From Chiloscyllium plagiosum (Eukaryota), in assembly GCF_004010195.1 (NCBI RefSeq), contig NC_057719.1:30956294-31020293 (forward strand): a stretch of 64,000 nucleotides of DNA, in the 5' to 3' direction. Below, piece by piece: positions 26,085-40,259 of this stretch (position 1 is its first letter; each line of letters opens with the position of its first letter). The translations under genes were made by a program, and so were the position numbers. The notes beneath the pieces are model-generated. The model ran no database searches. It was not told the origin of the DNA and saw nothing but the letters and a program-made list of their open reading frames with translations.

Positions 26085-27182
26085 AACTCTGTGGATATTA
26101 CCTACCTTGACTTCCAAAAAGCCTTTGATTAGGTGCTTCACTGGAGGCTGCTGAGTAAGGTGAGGGCCCATGGTGTTGGAGGTGAGCTGCTGGCATGTAT
26201 TGAGGATTGGCTGTCTGACAGAAGGCAGAGTTGGGATAAAAGGTTCTTTTTCAGAATTGCAGCTGGTGACAAGTGATGTCCCGCAGGATTCAGTGTTGGG
26301 GCCACAGCTGTTCATTTTTTTTATATATAGAGAAAAAGATTTAGACTGTTTAGAAGAGTGGGCAAAGAAATGGCTGATGAAATTCAACATGAGCGAATGC
26401 AAGGTCTTGCACTTTGGAAAAAAGAAAACAGGCAAGGACTATTTTCTAAATGGTGAGAAAATTCAAAAAGCCAAAGTACAAAGAGATCTGGGAGTGCTAG
26501 TCCAGGATTCTCTAATGGTTGACTTGCAGGTTGAGTCCGTGGTTAAGAAAGCAAATGTAATGTTGTCATTTGTTTCAAGAGGGTTGGAATATAAAAGCAG
26601 CGATGTGCTACTGAGACTTTATAAAGCACTGGTTAGGCCCCATTTAGAATACTGTGTCCAGTTTTGGGCCCCACACCTCAGGAAGGACATACTGGCACTA
26701 GAGCATGTCCAGATGATCTCTGGAATGGTAGACTTAACATATGATGAATGGCTGAGGGATCCTGGAATTGTATTCAATTAGAGTTTAGAAGGTGGAAGAG
26801 AGATCTAATACAAACTTACAAGATAATGCATGGCTTAGAAAGGGTGGATGCTGGCAATTTGTTTCCGTCAGGCAGGGATACTAGGACCCATGGGCACAGC
26901 CTTAAAATTAGAGGGGGTCAATTTAAAACTGAAATGAGGAAACATTTCTTCAGCCAGTGAGTGGTGGGCTTGTGGAATTCGTTGCTACAGAGCGCAGTGG
27001 AGGCCGGGACGTTTAATGTCTTCAAAGTAGAGATTGATAAATTCTTAATCTCGCAAGGAATTAAGGGCTACAGGGAAAATGCGGGTAAGTGGCGTTGAAA
27101 TGCACGTAAGCCATGATTGAATGGTGGAGTGGACTCGATGGGCCAAATGGCCTTCCTTCCACTCCTATGTCTTATGGTCTTT
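26085..27182 (+). mobile_element. CR1 LINE 3' portion
   Basis: VPQDSVLGPQLF, LYKALVRPHLEYCVQFWAP. Tail CCTATGTCTTATGGTCTT. Confidence 0.9.
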
Positions 27183-28014
27183 TATAACATTATGACAAAG
27201 AATGCTTTTCCTATGAAAGGTGTTGCAATAAATTTAAAATCATACTTTTTTAAAAAATTGTCTTTTCCAAAATGAGAGGCTATTGTATAAAGGAGTAAGG
27301 GGTATGTTTTCCCTAAAATCAATAGATTAACCTTGCTTTTTTTAAAAAAAAAACTCCTCTCAAAAGATTTCAATTAAATGGGAATTTAATTGTTTGAAGA
27401 TCTTGAATCTGACATTAATAAGGGTGGAAGTTTTTTTTAAAAGCATGATTTCAACTCTAATTATTTATGGTTTCTAAAACATTTATAATGAACATTTCCA
27501 TTGTTTCAATATATCAAAAACAGCTTGATTTAAAATCTTCAGAAGTCAAGTAGTTGCCTCAAAACTAATTACTTAGTTTTTATTCTGTGGCAACCCAATA
27601 TTATAAGGCAGCTAATGAATTGGGAAAGTATTAACTAGCTAACTCAGTTGATTTACTGCTCTAAAGAAAAGCAAGCATATTTAATCTTTTAAGTTTATAA
27701 AAGTTGAAACCTTGTTATGTCTCTGCACTGCCCACACTCCATAGGAAACATATGTTGTTATTTTGTGGTGTCCTTTTTTTAAAACTAAATAGCTTTAGCC
27801 TTAGTTTATTTTGTTGAAAGGTAATTTCATTTTTCATATACCATACTTTTAGCTTTGTGCCTTAGTTGCTCACTTTTTGGAGGAATTGTAATGTAAGGTC
27901 ACTTTAAAACATCTTAATTATAAATCTGAGTTTATTAAACAGAGAAATGTTCCAATTGGAAGTCAAATCTTCCACTATTGGGGTATTTTGATGTAGGTGA
28001 ATGGGTATCTCTGA

Positions 28015-28200
<186 letters not shown>

Positions 28201-29051
28201 TAGGACTTTGGCATATTTCCCACTGGTCAAAGCTATCTGTGCTGTCGAGATAGTAAAAATAATTGAGCTAAAGGGCATATATTTTGATGGGCATTTGAAT
28301 CTTAGCGAATTTCAAATAGATGATATTGAGTTAATATTTTTAGTAAGTTAAGTCTGGCCAAAGTTAACACATTAGTGTTATGAGATGTATACGGTTATGG
28401 TTTGGGACTTCTCTAACTTAGCATTAAATGAAGGAGTTATGTGACTTAAACAGGATCTGCCTGACAATATGCTTTAGTGAGGGGAATTATTGAAGATTTA
28501 AAAGGTTGGCCTGGAATATTTTGCTGCGAAGTGGTAGGGTGTTCACACTTGAAAATAATAGCAAAAACACCTGTGTATACAGAATCTCAGGGAGATGTTG
28601 AGAATGTTGTGTTGTAAACAGTTGGACTTTGAATTGTCTGCTTGGCCAAGATGATACAGTTTGTGTCCCCAAAGATTGATAATTAGCACTTTTACGTAGA
28701 AGATCCATGGAGATGGACTTTGAGAGGGAAAGGTTTCCAACTCCTAGGCTTAAGAATCTGTGAAAATGAGCAATTAGAGTCATAAGTCATGATGGCTCAC
28801 CATGCAGAAATATGATTTGGATCTTGTATTCTGAATAAAATGAACAAAAAATTTGAAAATTTGGAATGAAATTGAAAGATTGTAGTTTGAGGAAGAATCA
28901 CTGGAAAAAACCCTGTGTGAAAGGTAGGTCTTAGGTTAAAAGTTACGGAAAGTAAATAAATTGAATTTCTACTTAAAAGAAGTATAAAGTATACTTGTGA
29001 AGTCGTCTTCCAATTCTGTTAAAACTAAAAAGGGTGGTTCAGTTCCATAGT

Positions 29052-29737
29052 CAAGAGTGTAATGCTGGAAAAGCACAGCAGGTGAGGCAGCATCCGAGAA
29101 GCAGGAGATAAAGGGCTGATAAAGGGCTCATGCCCGAAACATCGATTCTCCTGCTCCTCGGATGCTGCCCCACCTGCTGTGCTTTTCTAGCACTACATGC
29201 TTGACTCTGATCTCCAGCATCTGCAATCCTCACTTTCTCCTGGTCGATTTCAAGCTTACTGCGATGCCTATCTTGAAGTAGTTCTCTCTCTGCAAAGATC
29301 TCAGTGAATTTCTCTCTCACTGTACCCCCCCCCAGTCCTCACCTCTGCCCTGAAGATCTTCAGCCATGTCCTCAAGCAGACTTGCTACCACAGCCACATC
29401 TTCTTCATTAGTGCCTCCCTATGGAACCGTCTGATCCCACATGGACTCCGGACCACGTTCAGACCAACTCAGGATACACTACAAATCCGAAACCTTTAAC
29501 GATTCTCTTTTCAGATCCTCCGCTTCATGCACCGCCATCTACTCTACCTGCAGTCAGTCCTGCCCCAACTCAGAGACTCACTTTCCCAGACCTGCAATGG
29601 ACCTCTGCATTTCTGATGAAGGGCTTACGCCTGAAACATAGATTTTCCTGCTCCTTGGATGCTGCCTGACCTGCTGTGCTTTTCCAGCACTGCACTCTCG
29701 ACTCTGACCTCCAGCATCTGCAGTCCTCACTTTCTCC
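29052..29737 (+). mobile_element. Non-autonomous Penelope-derived insertion with two direct pLTR/hammerhead copies
   Basis: 17-bp TSD TGGTTCAGTTCCATAGT at 29035-29051 and 29738-29754. Direct repeats at about 29116-29242 and 29613-29740, plus a short inverted copy at the left end. Confidence 0.8.
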
Positions 29738-30345
29738 TGGTTCAGTTCCATAGTTTTAATACAAGTATCTTTCAAAAATAATGCTCAGTCAATGGTGCTT
29801 TGAGTTGTTTGTTCAGTAGAAATCTTCATGTGAAATCTTGTCATATTGTCCTTTCAGCCATGAAAAAGATATTCCATCTTTCAATTGAAAGCTATTGGTC
29901 TGATACATGGATCATAAGACATGACACGACTTTGATTTTCTGTGCCATTTTTACTTGCTCTGACCCACAATAAGCAGCATTTCATATTTCATATATCATA
30001 TTACATGGCTGGAAACCAATCATCTCAACTTCAGGACATCACAGAATGATAGGGAGACCCAGACATTTTCAGCTATTTCATTAGTTATCTTCAATCTCAA
30101 GTAATGAAGCACTCCATGTCAGAAAGTACAAGTACCAGGCAATGATCATTTGCAACAGGTTCTAGTCACCTCCCCTTGACATTGTGACATTACCAGCATT
30201 GACCCCACCTTCCCTTATCAACATCTTGAAGATCACCATTGACCAGAAGCCCAACTGGACAAAACCCAAAAATATCTGGCTACAAGAACAAGATGCCACT
30301 GGAAATGCTATGGTTTTCCATCTTCTCAAAGTCTTTCCATCAAGT

Positions 30346-31495
30346 TAAACTCCAGTGAATACAGACAGTTGACCACTCTCCTCTGATAAAGTTGTCATCA
30401 CAGGAGTCAGTCTAGTGAACCTTCTGCTTTCCCTTCATGGAAAGTCTGTCTTTTTTGGTAAGAAGACCCAAACTGTTCAGAATAGTCCAGATGCGGTCTC
30501 GCCGAAGCCCTATACAGCTGCAGGAATGCCAATCTTTCAAGAAAAATCTCATATACTAAGTTCAATTCCTATAATATTCGAAGCTGTATTGTTGAGGAAA
30601 GATCAGCCTCCCTTAAACATACACTCTGGCCATAACTTGTGTATAATGGCTGCAGTATACCTCATTGAGAAGAATCAATTCAGCAACTCACTAGTACATC
30701 TTCAGTAGCACCTTGCAACCAATGATATTTACCAAGTAGGAGGATAAATGCAGTTGATATGAAAACAGCATCATCTGCAATTTCCTTTAAAACATCTTTG
30801 ATTCTGAACTGAATGGCCATTTGATTTTTTGCTGGATCAGAATCCTAGATTTCCTCCTTCAAAGTATTTTTGAAATAAACTTCACCACAAAGAAAGTAGA
30901 AGCAGGAGTAAGCCTTTTATCCTATCGAGCTTGCTCTGCTGTTCAGCATGATCATGGCTAATCCTCTATTTCTACACCACAATTCTGCTGTTGTGATACA
31001 TTTTAGCTTCTAGGAATCTATTTCTCTCAGAAATAAATTCCTAGAAACTAAAATGTATCACAACAGCAGAATTTCTTTCAGAAATAAATTCACTAACTTG
31101 TTCTCTCACCTTATGAGGTTGAGAATTCCTTAGGTTCACACATAGTGATGAAATTTCTTCTCTCTGTCAGAAATAGCCTACTGTATTTCCTGAGACCCCT
31201 TGCTCTGGACTCCCTAGCTCAGCCTGGAGAGACATCTCAACATTCAGTTTGTCCAGTTTTGTCAGAACTTTATATATTTCCATGAGATCCCCTCGTTCTC
31301 CTAAACTCCAGTGAATACAGACGGTTGACCACTCTTCTCTGATAAAGTTGTCATCACAGGAGTCAGTCTAGTGAACCTTCTGCTTTCCCTTCATGGAAAG
31401 TCTGTCTTTTTTGGTAAGAAGACCCAAACTGTTCAGAATAGTCCAGGTGCGGTCTCGCAGAAGCCCTATACAGCTGCAGGAATGCCAATCTTTCA
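30346..31495 (+). repeat. 194-bp direct duplication (30346-30539 and 31302-31495)
   Basis: By-eye alignment shows 4 substitutions and no indels. Confidence 0.9.
30981..31073. repeat. Inverted repeat, 45-bp arms, 3-nt loop
   Basis: 30981-31025 pairs with 31029-31073 with 2 mismatches. Confidence 0.9.
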
Positions 31496-31967
31496 TGTAA
31501 AGTGAACAAGTTCAGTCTTAGATGTCATTGCAAACTGCTTGAGTCATTCAGCAAGTTGCCTTTTGTCTAGATATTTAAATATTGCCTGAAATCACTATTA
31601 AATTTAAATAAAGTGACTACTCGTTTTAGCAGCTGACATTGTGCACAATGTTTTGGTATGAAGAGTTCTAAAGTTAGACTTTTGTCTTTTTAAGTCTGTA
31701 AAATATATAGTTAGGGTTAGTTTCAGACTATGCAGAAGCCTTCATGAAGTATATTGTAGTACCTAATGGATAGAGAAATTTTAAGCTCATCAGTAAAGTA
31801 CCACCAAATCAACAAAAGAATGAAAAGGCACTACAGGATAATTTTAAATTGAAAAGCGAAAGAGTACTTGTACATTCCTGTTTTGTAAACATTTGGCAAA
31901 ACACAAGATGACCATTAGTATTACAATAGTTTAAAGTTTCTAGTTTAAAGAAATGTTGAAATGGTAG

Positions 31968-32192
<225 letters not shown>

Positions 32193-32460
32193 AAGTGCCT
32201 TATTCCGATAAGGCAACATATGTACATGACTACATAAGTCATTCTATCATTTTATGACTGTGGGGAGAAAATTAAACCAACTTGGCATCCAAGAAAAATG
32301 GACTAAACAAGTTCTGATTTATTAACCAAAACATTTATAATTGAATGTGCAAAGAACGAACTTAGTTAACTTAAAACTATGCAAATATGTACAAAAGACA
32401 CACTTTAAGATGTATCTTTAATACTTAATGTTTAATATTTTATACAGAATTGTATACTGG

Positions 32461-32466
32461 AATAAA
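32461..32466 (+). terminator. Candidate poly(A) signal for C14orf28
   Basis: AATAAA about 270 nt after the stop codon, with T-rich sequence downstream. Another AATAAA lies near 32747. Confidence 0.45.
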
Positions 32467-33217
32467 GTCTATGTTTTACATGACCTTTTTAAAGGTACGT
32501 AATCATGTTAAAAAAATAGTAAAATTGCAAAAGGTCATCACTCTCCGTCGGTTTCCTAGTGAAAGTACCACCAGATATGTCACTGAAAACAGTGACTTGA
32601 GAAAAATTGGTTCCTTTAAAAATAATTGGCTGTTAGATAAAGTTCTAAGATTTTAAATAATAAGATGACTGGCACTATCAACATATTACGGTAAAAGGAG
32701 AAAATTGATTTTGATGCAACATAAAATGTTAAGATATTTGAAACAAAATAAATTCTAAAAAGCATTTGAAGCGAAAGATAACAGTCAAAACTGAAGTCTC
32801 AAATCAGTGTTGAAGCTATTTATAGTCTTGGCATGTTATCATTTCTCTCTAGTTAAAACACCATGACTTTTGATGTCGTAAGTCCTGAAAACAGTTGAGA
32901 AAAATGATTTGTTTGACTTATTTTTGATGTTAAAAAATTACTTGTTAACGTTACCACAACAGAATCAAATAAGACAATTTTAATTTAGCAGAATTACATT
33001 GTGCTGTGTTAATGATTCAGCACTTCAAGTAGCATTCACCTAGTTAATCTTTTTCCTTTGCCTGAAAAGTGAAGATTCAGACAAAACTCCAGGCATTGAC
33101 AATTTTCTGGCCCTTTTTAAAAGGATGTGTTACATCAATCCATTTGTGTTTCTCGGATCAGGTGGTTCATGAATAACCCCATTGCCAGTTTGCAAAGTTT
33201 CTGTACAGAATGAAGAG

Positions 33218-35490
33218 ATAGAACAGGACCTTCGGCCCTCCGATGTTGCGCCAACCTGTGAACTAATCTAAGCTCACCCCCCTACACTATCCCATCATCA
33301 TCCATGTGCTTATCCAAGAATTGTTCAAATCTCCCTAATGTGGCTGAGTTAACACATTGGCAGGCAGGGCATTCTATGCCCTTACCACTTTGAGTAAAGG
33401 ACCTGCCTTTGACATCTGTCTTAAATCTGTCATCCCTCAATTTGTAGTTATGCCCCCTCGTACAAGCTGACGTCATCATCCTAGGAAAAAGACTTTCACT
33501 GTCTACCCTACCTAATCCTCTGATCATCTTGTATGTCTCTATCAAATCCCCTGTTAGCCTTCATCTTTCCAATGAGAACAGACTCAAGTCTCTCAGCCTT
33601 TCCTCATAAGAGTTTCCCCTCCAGACAAGGCAACATCCTGGTAAATCTCCTCTGCACATTTTCCAATGCTTCCACATCCTTCCTGTAATGTGGTGACCAG
33701 AACTGCACACAATATTCCAAGTGCGGCTGCAGTAAAGATCAGTAAAGCTTTTATTATTCAGTATATAGAACATAGAACAGTACAGCACAGAACAGGCCCT
33801 TCAGCTCATGATGTTGTGCCGACCATTGATCCTCATGTATGCACCCTCAAATTTCTGTGACCATATGCATGTCCAGCAGTATCTTAAATGTTCCCAATGA
33901 TCTTGCTTCCACAACTGCTGCTGGCAACGCATTCCATGCTCTCAACTCTGTGTAAAGAACCCGCCTCTGACATCCCCTACTGGACACAGTATTCCAAGTG
34001 CGTTCTAACCAAAGTTTTACAGAGCTGTATCAAGATCTCACGAATCTGAAACACAATCCCCCTGTTGATGAAAGCCAAAACACCATATGCTTTCTTAACA
34101 ACCCTGTCCACTTGGGTAGCCATTTTAAGGAATCTATGTACCTGCACACCAAGATCCCTCTGTTCCTCCACACTGCCAAGAATCCCATCCTTAATCCTGT
34201 ACTCAGCTTTCAAATTTGACCTTCCAAAATGCATCATCTCGCATTTATCCTGGTTGAACTCCATCTGCCACCTCTCAGCCCATCTCTGCATCCTGTCAAT
34301 GTCCCGCTGCAGCCTACAACAGCCCTCTCTACTGTCAACGACACCTACAACCTTTGTGTCGTATGCAAACTTGCTAACCATCCTTCAATCCCCTCATTCA
34401 AGTCACTAATAAAAATTACAAAGAGTAGAGGCCCAAGGACAGAGCCCTGTGGAACACCACTCACCACTGACTTACAGGCAGAATATTTTCCCTCTACTAC
34501 CACGCACTGTCTTCTGTTGGCCAGCCAATTCTGTATCCAGACAGCTAAGTTCCCCTGTATCCCATGCCTCCTGAATGAGCCTACCATGGGGAACCTTATC
34601 AATGCCTTGCTGAAGTCCATATACATCACATCCACAGCTCGATTTTTAGTCACATCCTCAAAGAACTCTAAGGTTTGCGAGGCATGACCTGCCCCTCTCA
34701 AAGCCATGTTGACTGCATTTAATCAAGCCATGTTCTTCCAGATGGTCATAAATCCTATCCCTCAGAATCCTTTCTAACACCTTGTAGACAACAGACATGA
34801 GACTTACTGGTCTGTAATTGCCGGGGATTTCCCTATTTCCTTTCTTGAAGAGAGGAATTACATTTGCCTCTCTCCAGTCCTCTGGTATGACTCCAGTGGA
34901 GAGCGAGGATGCAAAGATCTTCGCAAGCGGCGAAGCAATTGCATTTCTCGTTTCCTAAAGCAACCGAGGACAAATCTGGTCCGGGCCTGGCAACTTGTCA
35001 ATCTTAATGTTTGACAAAATTTTCAGCACATCAGCTTCCTCTATCTCTATCCGTTCTAGCATGCACACCTGCTCTTCAAAGGTTTCATTCACTACAAAGT
35101 TTGTTTCTTTCGTAAAGACAGAAGCAAAAAACTCATTTAGGGCTTCCCCTACCTCCTCAGACTCCACACACAAGTTCTCTATGCTATCCCTGATGGGCCC
35201 TACTCTTTCTTTGACCATTCTCTTATTCCTCACAAGTGTAAAATGCCTTTGTGTTCTCCCTATCCATTCTGCCAAGCCTTTCTCGTGTCCCCTCCTGGCT
35301 CTCCTCAGACCATTTTTGAGCTCCTTCCTCACCTGCTTGTAATCCTCTAGAGTTGAGCTTGACCCTTGCTTCCTCCACCTTACGTAAGCTGCCTTCTTTC
35401 TTTTGACGAGAAGCTCCTCCGCTCTCATCATCCAAGTTTCCTTTATCTTACCCCCTTCTTGCCTGTCTCAGAGGAACACATTTATGCATC
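33218..35490 (-). mobile_element. Two adjacent CR1 LINE copies (about 33218-33727 and 33766-35490)
   Basis: Two separate 3' tails. RT motifs [26 protein letters not shown]. The second copy closely resembles the element at 17397. Confidence 0.88.
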
Positions 35491-35494
35491 ACTT

Positions 35495-37170
35495 ATGATC
35501 TTTGCTCAGGACATTCACTGTTACTCCCCATAATAATATGCCATCCTCGACTGTGATCTGGTCTCTCTGGGTCCACAAAAGTTTCAATTCTACTTGTGAT
35601 GGCCCATTGCTTTCCCCCTTCACCACCAACTGTTTGTTTTGCTAGGATCAGATCTTGGTGTCTGAAGTCTGATATTGTTAGTTGTGAATGGAAGTGTGTC
35701 CAGAAAATTTAAAATCATTATGGACTGTTCCAGTGGCAGTGGTGTATCTGCCGGTGGGAGACAGCTCAATGCATTTTCATTTGCTGCTTGGCCTCCCAGA
35801 TAGTGTTCCAACTTGGTATTAGTGTTCAGTGCTGATTTCAGCTGAAGCTATGGGCAGCACTTTATTGTCTTCTTTAAGGAGACCTAGCAGGAGTTTGTAG
35901 TCTGCTTTTATTACAAATTTACAACTGTAAAGGTATTAGTGGAACTTCCTGACTTCAAATATAACTTAAAACCTTCCTTCTCTGTGTTTACCCTCTGCAT
36001 TATCCAAAGTCCTGCATGCATACACTTAGATGGTCTAAACTTAACACTCATGAGCTAATGCCACCCTGATGCCAAAAGGGGAGCATTGTGTATGAATACC
36101 AGATCGTGCTTGGGATGGTAGTGTTCCTATACCTGATAAGATGATAGCTGTTCCTTCCCTTCCCTGAAGGCTATGTCTTGGCTGTATGATTACTTGCAAG
36201 GCTCACCCTTTGAGTTAATACAAAGGTGCCAAGATGGAGGCCAGGTTACGTATGAACTTTCCGTAATGATTCACCATCCGAAAGAGTGACCTATGCTTCA
36301 TTAGTGATGTGGGAGCTGGAGCTCCTTGGATTGCCCTCACTTTATCTCCCAATGGGTATAGCCTGGTCTTGTCAACCCTGTAGCTCAAGTAAGGCTTTTT
36401 GGGTGCCTGCAATGTACATTCTTCCCTTCTAAGGCAAATACCCTCCCAGGAGAAACATCTAAAGATTATGTCCAAGTTCTCTAAATACTGCATATTGTTC
36501 TTCATTGTTATTAGTATGTCATCTATTTTAATGGGGGGGTAGATCTTGTAAAATGTTTCCATTGCCTGCTGAAACTTTTGTACAGGTGAATGATACCCAT
36601 TTGAGATTGCCATTTGGGGTATTAAACCCTTATGAATTTTAATTGTAGCATACTTCTGGGAATCCTCATCTAACCACAATTGCAAAAAAGTATGGCTCGT
36701 GTCCAGCTTCGTGAAAGACAGCCCTCCTGCAAGCTTTATATATATCAATGCTCCATGCTAGGGATTCCAGATGTATCCAGCAAAAAAAAACTCTTTACTG
36801 TTTGTTTAAAATCCCCATGAAGGCAAACTGACTCATTAGAGTTCAGTCTATGGTATATGGCTGGAGCTACCAATTCGCAAACTGGTCTGGTTTGATGATT
36901 CCTTCACTTTCCAGCCTTCTCATGGGCAAAAGTAGCGGCAGAAGTAAGAGGAATTGCTTCCTGGTCAACATACCAGGTGGCCTTGGCTCCTTTGATAGTC
37001 CCTAAATCTTGTTGAAAAACCTCCAGGTATTTAATTAGTACTTCACTCAGGGTAGCCATTTTCTGATTGAAAAATGATGAGCTAATCTAGGTGTACCTTT
37101 CTCAACCAATTTCACCCCATCAAGCTTGGGCCTGAGCCTTTTGACAATTTAGTGGTAACTGAACCATTTG
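35495..37170 (-). mobile_element. Ty3/Gypsy pol fragment (RT-RNase H), degraded
   Basis: FTKLDTSHTFLQL...YATIKIHKG, IDDILI, YGKFIRNLASILAPLY. Confidence 0.82.
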
Positions 37171-37812
37171 CCAGCATTTGGCCCATATCCCCCTAAACCC
37201 TTCCTATTCATATACCGATCAAGTGTTGTATTTGTACAAGCCTCCACTATTTTTTTTCTGTCAGTTCATTCCATACATGCATCACCCTCTGTGTGACAAT
37301 ATTGCCCCTTAGGTCTCTTAAATCTTTCCCTTCTCACCTTAAATCTATTCAACCTATCTGTGCTTAATTTTATAAATCTCTCAAGGTCACCCCTCAACCC
37401 CTAATGCTAGGCCTACCCTATTCAGTCTCTCTCTCTAACTCAAGCCTGCCAATCCCAGCAACATCCTTGTAAACCTTTCCTGCACCCTTTAGAGTTTAAC
37501 AACACTTTTCCGACATCAGGGAGACCAGAACTGAGCACTAGCCTCACCAATGTTCTGTACAACCACCACATGACACCTCAACCCCTTTGCTAAATGCACT
37601 GACTAATAAAGGCAAGGATAGTAAACACCTTCTTCACTCCCTATCTACCTGCAGCTCAAGGAACTATGAACCTGAACCCCAACGCCTCTTTGGCAACATT
37701 CCTCCGTACCCTACTATTAACTATACAAGTCCCACCCTGATTTGCCTTATCAAAATACAGCACCTCACATTTATCTAAATTAAACCCCATCTGACACTCC
37801 TTGGCCCATCTG
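37170..37812 (-). mobile_element. CR1 LINE 3' fragment
   Basis: WAKECQMGFNLDKCEVLYF and a CR1 3' UTR. Confidence 0.8.
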
Positions 37813-37814
37813 GT

Positions 37815-39290
37815 CAAGACCTCCAAAGAATGAAACCAAAAGAATCCAACACACCAAGGGGCCCACCTCAGACCCATAGTCTCACTTTCTAGCACAATGA
37901 CATACAGGGAAGCAAAGGAACTGCAATGAAAACCAAAACACCTAGTGGAAGACTCAACCCACTCCACCCAAGAATTCCTTAACACCAAGATAGAGGAAGA
38001 GATCATTGTTTCCTCCAACGTGATGGCCCTATTCAAATTAATAATCATCCTAGCCAGAGAAACACTAGCCTCACTGCTAGACTAACCATGGATACAAATA
38101 CCTGACAGCACCAACTCCGTTAGCAAGTAAAACATCTTGGACTTGTGCCTCACAATCCACTTTACCTTCAACAACAAGATATACAAACAAATTAATGGGG
38201 CACCTGTGGGATCACCAATATCAGGACTTCTAGCAGAACCATTATGCAGAGATTAGAAGGAACAGGCCTTCCCACGATTCAGCCTAAGCTTTGGGTTCAT
38301 TCGTAGATGACACCTTTTTTTAAAAATCACAAAACGCAACAAACTAGAAGAAACCCATAAACCCAAACAACATCCTTACTGGCATAAAGTTTACCAGAGG
38401 ATGAGACCAGTAACTGACTCCCCTTCTTAGACAGCATGGTAGAATGAAAAGACAATGGAGAACTGCAGACCAGCATTTACAGGAAAGTCACATACATTGA
38501 CCAGATACTCAACTAAGAAGCAACCAACCCAACAGCCAAAAAGGAGCTGCATCAGAACCTCAAGAAGAGCCACAACACACTGCAGCACCACAGAACCCAG
38601 AGAAACTGAGAAGAAACATCTATACAACATATTCAGGAACAGTTACCTGAAAAGCACAGTCCACCTTCACAATGGACCTAACCAAGAAGGCAACACACCC
38701 AGAGACACTAGTCACCCTAACATACATCAAAGCCAATTCAGGAGGAGATGACCACCAGACTACTCAGGTCCAGAGGCAATATGGTAGCCCACAAGTATAC
38801 TACCAAACTAAACGACTGATGAATTTAAAAGGACCCTGTACCCAGAGCCAGCAGAACAAAATTTAATATACAAAATACTCTGCAAGGACTGCAACAAACA
38901 TTATGTTGGACAAACGGGCAGAACAGTAGCTACCTAGATACATGAGCACCAACTCGCCACCAAAAGACATACACACAAAGAAGGACACCAGTTCGACTGG
39001 AACAATGCATCCATCCTGGGACAGGCCAAACAAAGACACGTGCAGGATTTCCTAGAGGCCTGGCATTCAAACCTGAACTCCATTAATAAATAAAGAAATT
39101 TGCATCCTATTACCAATCTCTCAAACAGAACTGGTAATGATATAACCCACCACAACAAATCAAGCCACATAAATAACAAGCAGGACAGAACACCACTGCT
39201 TCACTGGAGGTTCACTGTTGTAGCTAGCATCGTGATGAAATGTATGAAAACAAACCCATCAGCTCAGCAAGCAAACCGACAACATAATGC
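37815..39290 (+). mobile_element. Penelope-like element, degraded (RT + GIY-YIG + pLTR)
   Basis: GAPVGSPISG, VDDTF, CKDCNKHYVGQTGR, FDWNNASILGQA. Confidence 0.85.
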
Positions 39291-40259
39291 ACAAATGTAT
39301 TTGAAGATCCAACTGAAATATTCAGTATAACTTATCTCTTGATGATTGACTCAATGACAGAAGTGGCTGTGCTGTTTAAGGAACTGGCACAATGTGAGAT
39401 TGATGGGTTTATAGGCTAGCTATCTTTCTAGTCAAAAGTTCCAAACTAATCTTCTCTTAATTTAATTCTTGTGCTTGCCTTATTGCCTTACTTCCTTTCA
39501 GTAGCTGGTAGACTCAGTGATTTAGGTATCAACCTCATTGGTTGATACTATTTGATGGTATTCTTGGGAAAAAGGTGTTATTGTTTGGTACTTTCCTTGT
39601 CATTGAATCAAAAGAAATCTCCAAGGTATGGCCCAAAATACAGCAGTTCATGAACTCGTGTTCAGAAGAATGACCAATGTCTTGTTTTGATTTTGAATTG
39701 TAGTCCTACATCATCTGAAATTTTCACATACCCATGTAATTGTTAACAATGCCTCCACTATTATGGCATAATAATTCTATCTGCTAATTTCAAGAGGCAT
39801 AGTAACCTGGTCTGTGCTTGCCATCTTTTACACACAATACTTTTACTTTCAGTCCTGCATGCACCTGACACAATGAAGCTGGTAAATGTGGATTATAGTG
39901 TACTAAGATTTTTAATGAGATTAGAGTTGTTTAATCTTTTCAAATGCATTTTGCTCGTCTAAATTCCAGGATCATTCATCTTGTCTCAGCAGCTATTTCA
40001 AGGGCTCTTGACTTCTGCCAAATTAATAAAAATTTGCCAATTTAACTCATTATAAATCAATGATAATTGTATACTATATTTCTGGACAATTAAAATTCCA
40101 GATAGCTTTTTTTGTGGATAATGTGTGTGTTGCCAGTGACTTGAATGTCATGCCTTAGTCTTGGTGAGGACCCAATATCCACAATTTATGACTCTATAAC
40201 ATGTAGAACCAACGTGGTATACAAAATCCCTTGCAACAACTGCAACAAGCACTACATCA

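Noticed and set aside
26170..26960. Long RT-like ORFs as active or domesticated genes (also 4308-5111, 33977-35431, 36215-36748)
   Set aside because: All are truncated, with frameshifts, stops or missing catalytic motifs.
33700..34005. Apparent insertion hotspot at CACAGTATTCCAAGTG (same motif as the TSD at 17891)
   Set aside because: More simply explained by one 5'-truncated CR1 next to a second copy with an internal deletion; two cases do not show targeting.
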